IMG/VR virus record: IMGVR_UViG_3300048783_000012
Location: 1 to 28,765 of that record
Source of the DNA: a virus
Taxonomy: Duplodnaviria; Caudoviricetes
Length of the DNA: 28,765 nucleotides
Strand: one strand, 5' to 3'
Positions 7,205 through 16,167 of this stretch are shown here, one piece after another. Position numbers and translations under genes: made by a program. Below the pieces are notes generated by a model, which saw only the letters and a list, made by a program, of their open reading frames with translations, was not told the DNA's origin and did no database searches. How positions within the stretch are numbered: the stretch's first letter is position 1; the number at the start of each line of letters is the position of its first letter.

Positions 7205-7980
7205 GGATCCTGGCCCTCGTCGGGTGCGTGTGGAGGTTCGCGCAATTCGTGAATCAGCGCGGCCGCGCCGACGTCCTCGGCGCGCCGGGCGGGACCGTGG
7301 CGCCGTTCCTCTTGTCCCTCGGGCGGGCGGCCCGTGAGTACGATGGCGCGCACGATGTCGAGCGCGCCGCGCATTTCGCCCTGGCCGACGGCGAGCGCTT
7401 CGAGACGCGAGGTCACCGCGTGCATGGACCCGACGAAACTCTCGATCGTGTGCGCGAGTGAGTCGATCGTCGCCGAGAGGCGCGGCATGTCGGCGAGCGC
7501 GCGACCTTGCGCGAGTTGCGCCGCGCTCACGCCTTCGAGCGCGGCGCCGACGGCGTCGAGCGTCGATTGCGATTGATCGATGCGCGTCCGAAATAACTCG
7601 GTTTCGCGGATCTCCGGCGCGAACACCCGCTCGCGGAGCCACGCGCCATGCTCGGCGGCCCGCGCGCTCAACGCGTCACCGACCGCGGACGCGAAGCGCT
7701 CGGCCTCGCGATCGAGCGCGCCCATGATGTGCGCATCGAACGCGGCCGGGTTGCGCGCGAGGATCGCGAGCGTGAGTGCGTCATCTTGCGACCCCGATCG
7801 CAATCGCGAGTCGCGCACGAACCGATCGAGGCGCGGCCGGATGAAATCGACGTACAGCCACACGAGCGCGCGCCACGTGAGCGCCGAGCCGGCGGCGGCG
7901 GCGACGAGCGCGCCCCAGCGCGCGGGTGTCGTGAGATCGGGGAGGAGTGCGGCGCGTGCGATGCCGGCAAGACGGGACAC
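7201..7980 (-). CDS. Lysis-module membrane protein with one N-terminal TM and coiled coil (XhlA/antiholin-like architecture), up to 259 aa
   Basis: WGALVAAAAGSALTWRALVWLYV hydrophobic segment followed by a heptad-like helical region; start codon uncertain. Confidence 0.55.
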   Translation of the reverse strand: MSRLAGIARAALLPDLTTPARWGALVAAAAGSALTWRALVWLYVDFIRPRLDRFVRDSRLRSGSQDDALTLAILARNPAAFDAHIMGALDREAERFASAVGDALSARAAEHGAWLRERVFAPEIRETELFRTRIDQSQSTLDAVGAALEGVSAAQLAQGRALADMPRLSATIDSLAHTIESFVGSMHAVTSRLEALAVGQGEMRGALDIVRAIVLTGRPPEGQEERRHGPARRAEDVGAAALIHELREPPHAPDEGQDP

Positions 7981-8044
7981 GGCGACGGGTGACGGATCAT
8001 TTACGATCGGTGACGTCGCGCCGTGCGCGCTCGGAGGCCCTCAA

Positions 8045-8074
8045 AGCATAGCGCGCCGCGGCGCGCGTCGTCAA
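8045..8074 (-). promoter_or_regulatory. Candidate lysis-module promoter with palindromic spacer (or terminator hairpin)
   Basis: TTGACG(8074-8069)-18 nt-TATGCT(8050-8045). Spacer contains the perfect palindrome GCGCGCCGCGGCGCGC (8051-8066). Confidence 0.5.
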
Positions 8075-11000
8075 GCAAACGACAGCGCGCCGAGCGCAAT
8101 CAGTTCCCCGCTCGCGCCGCTCCACGCGCCGAACCCGACGCGATCTGGCCCGGTCGTGAATACGGTGGACAGCGCGACGTTCGTGAGCGTGACCAACCCG
8201 CCGCCCACGTTATAATGGAAATACCATTGCCCGCCCGAGCGCTCGATAATGAGCGTCGCGGCCGTCGCGGTGAGGTTCGTCGCGCCGCGCACAAGTTCCG
8301 CGCCGGCCGACAGCGCGCCCGTTCCCTTCCACACGCTTGCGCGCCGATTGGTGCCGTTGTGATGGATCCCGACGAGCACCCACTTGCCGGTAGCGCTTTC
8401 CGAGAAATAGAGGAACCCGCCAGAATTCGCCTCGGTCGCCGGAATGCTCGTCGCGTCCAGTTGGTAATAGTGATCGCTCACCAATTGCGGCACGGTGAGC
8501 ACGGCGCCGCGCGGCACGCCGCTCCCGTCGGCCGCGAGATTCAGCAACGCGTTGCCGCTTCCGTCCTTGTCGAGCGCCGAAATAAATCCAGCATCGTTGA
8601 ACCGCGTCCACGGCGACGGGAGTGCGATCGTCGGCGACGTCAGCCCGGGCCGCCCGGGCGGCCGCGGATTGAATGGATCCGTCACCGACAGCGATGTCGC
8701 GACGGTCGAGTCGTCGGCCGGCGTCGGCGTGACGTCCGACGTCGCGACGAGCGCGGGCTCGCCGAGCCAAATCTTATCGCCGAACCATTGCTCGACCGAG
8801 TAGCATCGCGCGTGCACGTAGCCCGTGCCGTTCCGGCGGCACACAAACCACGAGTTTGTTTGATCCCAAAACCCGCTCGACAGATTCAACAGGTTTTGAT
8901 TGCGGACGATCCATTGTCCCTCCATGCCGCCGGCGCCGCCGCCCGGGAGTCGGCGAATCGAGAGTCGCGCCTGCATCTTGTCATAGGCCGAATTCGTCGG
9001 CGGCAATATCTGCGCTTCGAGCTTGAACTCGTGCCCGGGGTCGTACCCGATCAGCGCCGCGGCCGAGCCGCAGTCGTATACATACGCGTTGGCCGTGTTG
9101 TACGAATACACGACGAGCATGATCCGCGGTGAGCCGTGGTCGATCCCGGTGAACGGCTCGACCGCCTGGATGCACACGAAGCATTCGCCGAACGCGCCGA
9201 AACTTGCCCACCCGACATAGCAGGGCTCGACGAAATTGCCGTTCGGGGTGAGGTCCGATGCGGCGTCGATCCACACGCGCGCGACGAGCGTCACCTTCGG
9301 TTGCGTGAAACCGCCGGGATAGATGCTCGTCGGCACGGCGTTGCGCATGCCGCGGTAATTGTCGATCGAGCATTGAAAGACGGTGCCGCCCGCCTCCGCG
9401 GCGATGATCGTGCTATCGAAGTCGACCGCCGTACTCCCGCCGTTGAACGGCAGTCCGCGCGCGAAGTGAAAGCGCTTGTAATCGGGCGCCAACGCCACAT
9501 GGATATTGTCGTAGAGTCCGACGTCCATGCCTTCGATGTCGTCGACGGGCTCGTTATAGTCGCTCCACCAACCGCCCTGATCGACCCATCGGTACGCGGT
9601 GAGCGCGTCGTCATCGGTATTGTACGCGCACCAATCCTCGCCCCAATCTTGGAGGCCCGAGAGCGACGAGTTGCACACGAGCGGCGGAATCGTCGGCACC
9701 CACGGCGCCGGCGGGATCGAGAGCGCGCGCGGCTCGAACGTCACCCACACCGATTTGAGCGACGCGCCGCCGGTCGGCACGACGCGGAACATTTCCTCGG
9801 TGACGATCGTGTTCGGGACCGCCGTGCCGCGCGTAAACCCGGCGGTGTCGATCGGCGTCGCCGCACCCGCGACGTCGACCCACCCCGTGCCGGTGACGAA
9901 CGTCTGCAATCGCACGTCACCCGTGCCGGCGACGATGACGTCGACGTCGACGCGCACTTTCGTAAACGGCGCCGGGTTATAGCTGAATTGCGAAAACGCA
10001 TCGTCTTGCCCCGCCGCGATCACGCTCGGCGACCCGGCGGGATCGGTCAACAGGACCGGGATAATCATGTCGACCGAGACGCCGGTCGGCGTCGCGCCGC
10101 CGCCTTGCGCGCCCGTGGTCTCGTACCCGGGGAACACGATCGGCGTCCACGGCGACTGCAACCGGCTCGCGGAGTTTTGCGCCTGACCGTAGATCGTCGT
10201 CGGATCGACGGGCGCGAGCGGCACTCCGGCGAGCGCTTGTGAAAAGCTCGTGCCGTCGCTGAACCAATCCGTCGGGCCGAGCGTCGTGCCGCTCGCCACA
10301 TAGCGCACCGTCGGGTCACCGCTCGCCGCGACCAACGTCCATTGTGGCGAGCCTGGCACCGCCGCGAGCGTGACCGAGGCGGCCTCGCCGTTATACGTCG
10401 TCACCGACACCGTTGCGTCGCCCGTCGTCGCGCTCACCTGCGCGACTGAGATCACATTAATCAGCGGCGCTTGCGGTGGCTTCGGTCGTTTGATCGCCGC
10501 ATCGGGCACGGTGCCCGACACCTTGCCCTTGACTTGGATACTCGTGCGGCGGGCGGTGCGCGTGACGTCGTGCCGCACCTGCACGACGCCGAACGTTTGC
10601 GACGTGTCATAGTGCACGCCGTTCGCCGGGAACGCGCCGAGATCGTACAACGTGGCGAGGGGGAAAAAGCGCGTCTCTTTCTCCACGTCGGCGACCGGCG
10701 TGCCGAGATCCGAGAGCGCGTAACCGAGAAACGCCGTCGCCTCGCTCGGGGAGTCGATATTGCTCGTCGAATCCTCGTCGAACTCGACGTAGCGATCGCC
10801 GTGATCGACGACGCTCGGATCGTCCTGCCCCGTGACCTCGTCCATAAGGAGCGTCGCCGCGTTGAGAAAGCGCACGCGGCCTTTGTTCCGCACGTCGGCG
10901 TCGCCCACCTTGAACGCGGGCACGTCGAAATAGTCATCGGGTGACAGCGTCCAATCGGGCGCCGTTTTCGCCCGATCCGGTTGAAACACGGTGAGTTGAT

Positions 11001-11742
11001 ACGTGTTATCCGACTGCCACATGCCGCGCACCACGCCGCCGAACTGAAAGGCGAGGTCGTTGAGCGCCGTCAGGACGGGGACTTGCTCTTGGTCGAACTT
11101 GCGCACCATCCACAGCCCGAAGGCCGGCGGCGTCGGCCCCACGGGCAACGCGTCGACGAGCGTCACGCCGCCGAGCTTCGATTGCGGGTTGTCGGCCAGA
11201 ATCGCCGCCATGACGTCGCGCACTTCGAGCGGCGCGGTCGCGCAATAGGTGCGTTTCTGGTCGATGAAAGTGTCGAGGAGCCACGCGAATTTATCCCGCG
11301 CGGTGACGGTGATCGTGTTGCCGCGCCCCTTCCCGTCGATCTCGTCGATCTTGCCGTCGAACATCGGGAGCCAATCGCCGACGAGCGGCGTCGTGCCGTC
11401 GGCGACCATGCGGATATCCCACGTGATGCGCCGCGACTCTTTCAAGAGTTGCCGATAGCCGACGCCCGACACTTGATTCGCCGGACTCGCTTGCACGTAG
11501 GGAGAGAGCGTCGTCGCAATGTCGGCATAGGTGCGCGCGAGAACAAACGTCCCTTGCGTGACCGGCGTGTCGAACCCGTCGACCGTGTGCGCTTCGATGC
11601 ACCAATCTTTGCCGAGATAGTTCGAGAGGTCGACGAGCGTGCCGGCGTAGTTCGCAACGGAGATCCGTTGCTCGATCCGCACGTGCGGCGCCGTCGCGCG
11701 GTACAGCGCGACGAGCGTGTTCGCCGAGAGCACGCGCGGCAT
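8071..11742 (-). CDS. Tail tip hub / central fibre with C-terminal receptor-binding beta domains, 1223 aa
   Basis: Follows the distal tail gene. The N-terminal ~410 aa are hub-like (PMFDGKIDEI...ITVTARD...); later beta-rich domains are separated by Pro-rich linkers. Confidence 0.8.
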   Translation of the reverse strand: MPRVLSANTLVALYRATAPHVRIEQRISVANYAGTLVDLSNYLGKDWCIEAHTVDGFDTPVTQGTFVLARTYADIATTLSPYVQASPANQVSGVGYRQLLKESRRITWDIRMVADGTTPLVGDWLPMFDGKIDEIDGKGRGNTITVTARDKFAWLLDTFIDQKRTYCATAPLEVRDVMAAILADNPQSKLGGVTLVDALPVGPTPPAFGLWMVRKFDQEQVPVLTALNDLAFQFGGVVRGMWQSDNTYQLTVFQPDRAKTAPDWTLSPDDYFDVPAFKVGDADVRNKGRVRFLNAATLLMDEVTGQDDPSVVDHGDRYVEFDEDSTSNIDSPSEATAFLGYALSDLGTPVADVEKETRFFPLATLYDLGAFPANGVHYDTSQTFGVVQVRHDVTRTARRTSIQVKGKVSGTVPDAAIKRPKPPQAPLINVISVAQVSATTGDATVSVTTYNGEAASVTLAAVPGSPQWTLVAASGDPTVRYVASGTTLGPTDWFSDGTSFSQALAGVPLAPVDPTTIYGQAQNSASRLQSPWTPIVFPGYETTGAQGGGATPTGVSVDMIIPVLLTDPAGSPSVIAAGQDDAFSQFSYNPAPFTKVRVDVDVIVAGTGDVRLQTFVTGTGWVDVAGAATPIDTAGFTRGTAVPNTIVTEEMFRVVPTGGASLKSVWVTFEPRALSIPPAPWVPTIPPLVCNSSLSGLQDWGEDWCAYNTDDDALTAYRWVDQGGWWSDYNEPVDDIEGMDVGLYDNIHVALAPDYKRFHFARGLPFNGGSTAVDFDSTIIAAEAGGTVFQCSIDNYRGMRNAVPTSIYPGGFTQPKVTLVARVWIDAASDLTPNGNFVEPCYVGWASFGAFGECFVCIQAVEPFTGIDHGSPRIMLVVYSYNTANAYVYDCGSAAALIGYDPGHEFKLEAQILPPTNSAYDKMQARLSIRRLPGGGAGGMEGQWIVRNQNLLNLSSGFWDQTNSWFVCRRNGTGYVHARCYSVEQWFGDKIWLGEPALVATSDVTPTPADDSTVATSLSVTDPFNPRPPGRPGLTSPTIALPSPWTRFNDAGFISALDKDGSGNALLNLAADGSGVPRGAVLTVPQLVSDHYYQLDATSIPATEANSGGFLYFSESATGKWVLVGIHHNGTNRRASVWKGTGALSAGAELVRGATNLTATAATLIIERSGGQWYFHYNVGGGLVTLTNVALSTVFTTGPDRVGFGAWSGASGELIALGALSFA

Positions 11743-11754
11743 CGGCGGCCGTCC

Positions 11755-12126
11755 TTACGCCTGGCGCGCCGAGAGCGACGCGCGGCGCTTGAACCCTTCC
11801 GCTTGCGTCTTGTCGGGCACGTAGGGCCCGCCCGTGACGCGCACGATCGCCGCGATCGCCACGTTCCCGACCGCCTCGCCGTTGAGCGTCACGCGCGCGT
11901 CCATCGCGACGAGGGTGCGCAACGCTTCATACGTCGTTTGCGACATCATCGCCGCCGGCCAATCCCACTCACGGAACTCGGCCGACACGCTCGACGACAG
12001 CCCGCCCGTGAACACCTCGACAGTCTCGCCCGTGCGGCGCGCCTCGCGCTCGGTGGCGCCCGAGGCGGCGCCGACGTCGACGATGATCGTCGTCGCGCCC
12101 TTCGTGATCGTGAGAAAGTTCGCCAT
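11755..12126 (-). CDS. Distal tail / minor tail protein, 123 aa
   Basis: Size and position between tape measure and hub; beta-rich. Confidence 0.65.
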   Translation of the reverse strand: MANFLTITKGATTIIVDVGAASGATEREARRTGETVEVFTGGLSSSVSAEFREWDWPAAMMSQTTYEALRTLVAMDARVTLNGEAVGNVAIAAIVRVTGGPYVPDKTQAEGFKRRASLSARQA

Positions 12127-12137
12127 TTATCCGGCCC

Positions 12138-15100
12138 TCACCCGGGCACCCCGTACCATGGCGTCGAGCCGTCGCGCTGCGGCGTCGCGCGTGCGCGGCG
12201 CTTGCCCTCGCCGACGATCGTGTCGAACAGCGTCGCCGGGTCGAACCGTGAGCCGTCGATGATGATGTCGCCGGTAAACACGTACTGCGGCGCGGTGCCG
12301 GCGCTCGCGCCGCTCGCCGGCGCCGCGGACAGCAACGGCGGCGCCGAGTTCGGGATCTGCGGCGGCGTCACTGGCACCGACGGCCGTGCGTCGGGCGGCG
12401 TCGGCGACGGCCCGCCGCGGATCGCCGCCGGCCCTGACGGCGTCGGATCCGTCGCCAGGAACCGCGCGAGCGCCACGCGGTACCCGGGCGGGAGATTCAA
12501 GAGCGCCGACGTCGCCGTCGTGGCGGCGTCGCCGAGCTTGTCGACCGCGTCGGCCGTGCGGTCGATCCCGATGTCGGCGATCTCACCGCGCGCCCGCGCG
12601 AACTCGTCGGCCGCGGCAAACGCTTCGCTACCGGCCTGGCCGGCGGCGTGTCCGAAATCTTTGACCTTGTTCCCAAAGTCGCGAATATCGCGGCCGATCC
12701 CGCCGAGGAATGGAATCTTCGAGATGAATGAGCCGATCGCCGCGATCAGACCGCCGATCGTCACCGCGACGGCGCTCACGATTTTGAGGATCACGCCGGC
12801 CGCGATCGCGACGCCCTGGCCGAGATACGTGACCACGATCGCGAGGAACTTAAACACGGGAAAGAGCGCTTCGAGGAGCGGGATCAGCGCTTGAAAGAGC
12901 GGCGCCAGCGCACGGAGGATCGGCGAGAGCACCTCGAACACGGCACGAATGAGCGGCACGAGCGCGTCGAGCACGGGCGCCAGCGCGGCGAACACCGGCC
13001 CGAGGGTCTCGGCGACGACGTTCGCGATCTTTTCGAGCACGGGCGCGAGCGGCGCCGCGGCGCGCCCGATCCCGTCCATGATCGCGCCGAACGGCGAGAT
13101 CGCGGCGAACACGGAGCGGAACACCGCCACGACGCCACCGACCGCGGCGCGGAGCGAGCCAAAAACGATGTTGGCGGGCTCGAACGTGCGGGCGAACGCA
13201 ACGAGCGCCGCCTCCGTGTTATCGAGTTCGCGCCGGAACCCAAGGCCGATATTGGCGAACGTCGCGCCGGTAAGCCCCTTTTGGAAGTTGAGATTGTCGG
13301 CCGCGTCCGACACCGTGCGTTGAAACGCGTTCGCGCCGCCGGCGCGGCTGCGCTCGGCGTTCGTCAACCCGGTGCCCGGCGACTTGACCGAGGCAATCTT
13401 GTCGAGCGCGTCGGCGGCGCGCGTGATCTCGGCGTCGAGCGCCGCCAGCGCGTCCACGTTCGCCGCGGTCGCCGGAATGAGATCCGCCGCGATCATTGTG
13501 CGGTACGCGTCGGCCGCGGCGCGCGCGCGATCGACCGAGGCCGACAGCGCCGACGTGTCGAACCCGGGCAAGGCCACGTCGACCGCTTTCGTCGTGAACT
13601 GCACCGCGTTGCGCGCCAGCACGAGCGGGTCGCGCGCCTCGGCCGAGCGGTGAATCGCCGCGTTCAGTTGGTCGAGCGCCGCGATATTCGCCGACGTCGC
13701 CGGGATGACGCCCGTCGCGAGCAGTCCGGCGAACGTCGCCGCCGCCTGTTGCGCCTCGCCGAACGCGCGCACGAGCGCGGCGTTGTCCGGCGGCACGCCG
13801 CGCGCGATCGAGTCGCGCACGGCCTCGGTCGATCCGAGCGTCGTCAGCTTTTGCGACGCGAACGCGAGCGCGCCCCGTTCGAGGCGAGAGCGATCGGTCG
13901 CCTCGACGATCGCCTTCGTGATATTGAGTTCCTCGCGGAGCGCTTGCGCGCGCTCGGTGACCGAGAGCGTGCCCGATTTGATCTTGTCGGCGAGCGTGCC
14001 CTGTGCGGCGTAGAGTTGCGCGACGATGCCGGCTTGGTCGCGGAGTTGCGCCGCAACGAACCCTTGCAACGTCACCGCCGAATCGACCGATCGGGTAATG
14101 AGCGCATAGCGTTCCTCGACGAGCTTGAGCGAGTCAATCACGCCGTTCGTCGTCGCCAGAAATTCCTTGAACTCGTCGACCGGGATCGTCGGCAAGTCGG
14201 TGTCGGCCACGGCGGCGGCGGTGTCGCCGACCTTGGCGAGCGCGGCGCCGACGAGCGCGCTCTTTTGTTCGAGCGCCGAGATTTGCTCGTCGGCCGCGGC
14301 CAGTTGGTCGCCGATGATCGATGCGCCGGCGACGCCAGCGGCGCCCGGGTTCCGCGACTGCGCGAGGAGTTGCTCGCGGCGTGCGTGCGCCGCGGTCAAT
14401 TGCTGCGCCAGCGTGTCGCGTTGGTCGAGCAGTTGCGGCGCGGCGAGCGACGCGAGCGACGTCTCGAACGCTTTGACGTCATCGTCGGCGCCGTGCATCG
14501 CCGAGCGGATCGCGAGCACCGCGGCGAGCACGAGCCCGAGGCCGATCAGCAACCCGCCGCCGGCGGCGATGAATCCCGAGAGCGACGTCAGACCGGCCAG
14601 GAACGCGCCGATGCCCTCGGCGCCGGCGACGACTGTCAACGCCGCACGCAAGAGGCCGAACAGTTTGATCGCCCCGCCGAGCGCGAGGAGCAACGGCCCG
14701 ACGGATGCCGCGAGGCCGGCGATCACGCCGATCGTTGCGAGCACGCCCGGCGGGAGCGCGGCGAGCGTCTTGGCGACGCTGTCGAGCGTGCGCACGACGG
14801 CGGTGAACGCTGGCAAGAGCGTGCGGCCGAACGCCTCGGCCGCCTCGATCGCATCGCGTTTGAGGAAGCGCAATTGATTCGACGCCAGCGCGTCGAATTG
14901 ACTCGCGTTGCCGACCTCTTTCGCGACGCGTTGCATAATGAGCGAGTACGCCGCGAGCGCGCGGCGCGACTCGTCGACCGCTTGCCCGTGATGCACGAGG
15001 CCGAGCCGTTGCGCCTCGATTTGCACCGAGGCCGGCTTAATCGAGATCCCGAACTCGCCGAGCGCGCGCGTGTTGCCGCGGAGTCCCGCTTGCAACTTTT

Positions 15101-15896
15101 CGAGCACCTCGGCCGGGTCGCGCGTCCGAATGAGTCCGAGCGCGCCGGCCGCTTGCGTGAGGCCGAGCGACATCTCGCGCGCCCGCGGGCCGACGACGTC
15201 GACCGATCGCAAGAGGAGCGCCGTCGACGCAGCCATTTCTTCGAGCCCTTTGCGTTGCGCCGGGAACCGATCGTGGAGCGCGTCGAGCGCCTTTTGCACC
15301 TCGCCGACGCTCGCACCAAACGCGAGGTTGAGTCGCGCGACGTCGGCCTCGCCCTCGATCGCCTCGTGAATGCCGAGGCCACCGCCGGCGACGATCGGCG
15401 CCGTGACGGCCGCGGAGAGCGTCGCGCCGAGTTTCGTCGCCACGGGCCCGAGCGCGTCGAGCTTGTCGGCGAATCGCGAGGCGAATGCCTCGCCGGATCG
15501 AATGCCGGCGTCACTGAGCGCGCCGACAAAGAGCGATTCGGTCGCCGCGCCGAGCGCGCCGCCACTCCGCGCACGGAACGCGTCGAGCGCGCCGAGCATC
15601 GTCGTGTTGAGCGCTTGCGCCAGGACGCCGGCTTGCTTCTCGAACGACTCGCGCGTTATGAGTCCGCGCGCGAGCGACTCGCGCAGTCGGCCTTTCGAGT
15701 CGTTGAATTTTTGCTCGATGCCGCGCACGATCGTTTCGGCCGCGGTGTATGCGTCGCCGCTTTTGCCGAGCCCGCGAAATGTTTGATCCGCGGTTTTCGT
15801 AAACTCGTTGAGATACCCGACGCCGCGATCGAGACCCGCTTTCACGCCGGCCGCATTCGCGGTGAGTTCGATGACGAATTGCGCGATCGTCGACAC
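12138..15896 (-). CDS. Tape measure protein, 1252 aa
   Basis: Ala/Leu-rich and helical; N-terminus IAQFVIELTANAAGVKAGL; amphipathic P..L repeats; follows the chaperone genes. Confidence 0.93.
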   Translation of the reverse strand: MSTIAQFVIELTANAAGVKAGLDRGVGYLNEFTKTADQTFRGLGKSGDAYTAAETIVRGIEQKFNDSKGRLRESLARGLITRESFEKQAGVLAQALNTTMLGALDAFRARSGGALGAATESLFVGALSDAGIRSGEAFASRFADKLDALGPVATKLGATLSAAVTAPIVAGGGLGIHEAIEGEADVARLNLAFGASVGEVQKALDALHDRFPAQRKGLEEMAASTALLLRSVDVVGPRAREMSLGLTQAAGALGLIRTRDPAEVLEKLQAGLRGNTRALGEFGISIKPASVQIEAQRLGLVHHGQAVDESRRALAAYSLIMQRVAKEVGNASQFDALASNQLRFLKRDAIEAAEAFGRTLLPAFTAVVRTLDSVAKTLAALPPGVLATIGVIAGLAASVGPLLLALGGAIKLFGLLRAALTVVAGAEGIGAFLAGLTSLSGFIAAGGGLLIGLGLVLAAVLAIRSAMHGADDDVKAFETSLASLAAPQLLDQRDTLAQQLTAAHARREQLLAQSRNPGAAGVAGASIIGDQLAAADEQISALEQKSALVGAALAKVGDTAAAVADTDLPTIPVDEFKEFLATTNGVIDSLKLVEERYALITRSVDSAVTLQGFVAAQLRDQAGIVAQLYAAQGTLADKIKSGTLSVTERAQALREELNITKAIVEATDRSRLERGALAFASQKLTTLGSTEAVRDSIARGVPPDNAALVRAFGEAQQAAATFAGLLATGVIPATSANIAALDQLNAAIHRSAEARDPLVLARNAVQFTTKAVDVALPGFDTSALSASVDRARAAADAYRTMIAADLIPATAANVDALAALDAEITRAADALDKIASVKSPGTGLTNAERSRAGGANAFQRTVSDAADNLNFQKGLTGATFANIGLGFRRELDNTEAALVAFARTFEPANIVFGSLRAAVGGVVAVFRSVFAAISPFGAIMDGIGRAAAPLAPVLEKIANVVAETLGPVFAALAPVLDALVPLIRAVFEVLSPILRALAPLFQALIPLLEALFPVFKFLAIVVTYLGQGVAIAAGVILKIVSAVAVTIGGLIAAIGSFISKIPFLGGIGRDIRDFGNKVKDFGHAAGQAGSEAFAAADEFARARGEIADIGIDRTADAVDKLGDAATTATSALLNLPPGYRVALARFLATDPTPSGPAAIRGGPSPTPPDARPSVPVTPPQIPNSAPPLLSAAPASGASAGTAPQYVFTGDIIIDGSRFDPATLFDTIVGEGKRRARATPQRDGSTPWYGVPG

Positions 15897-15939
15897 GGGC
15901 GCCGGGTCTCAGGGAAAAACGGCTCGGCCTTACTCTCGA

Positions 15940-16167
15940 CTAGCCGAGCCGTTTCGGTGCATCGTTCACGAGCCGTTGAAGCTGCTGCTGCTGCTCGTGT
16001 TCTTCCTGCTCACGTGCCTTTTGCATGTAGAGCGCTTGCAGTTCCGACAGCCCCCAGGATCCCGTCGAGGCATCGTACCGGGCGAGCAATTCCTCCGGCG
16101 TGCAATGGAATTTCTCGACCGCTACTTCGACGACGAACCGGCGGAAGCTGCCGAGTTCGAGTTTCCC
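15940..16167 (-). CDS. Tail assembly chaperone frameshift extension (gpGT-like)
   Basis: -1 frame after the slippery site reads GKLELGSFRRFVVEVAVEKFHCTPEELLARYDAS...SELQALY. Confidence 0.8.
   Translation of the reverse strand, partial: GKLELGSFRRFVVEVAVEKFHCTPEELLARYDASTGSWGLSELQALYMQKAREQEEHEQQQQLQRLVNDAPKRLG

Noticed and set aside
2531-7642. Long N-terminal extensions in track ORFs 2531-3616, 3684-4283, 5015-6148 and 6416-7642
   Set aside because: They overlap better-supported genes and are Arg-rich noise; starts were re-called at RBS or stop-start overlaps.
8071-8200. DGR variable region at the adhesin C-terminus (DRVGF resembles the xGFR ending)
   Set aside because: No template repeat or reverse transcriptase in the window, and no GFR C-type lectin ending.
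11822-11838. TAGGGCC half-site in the distal tail gene
   Set aside because: No second half-site and no -35/-10 context.
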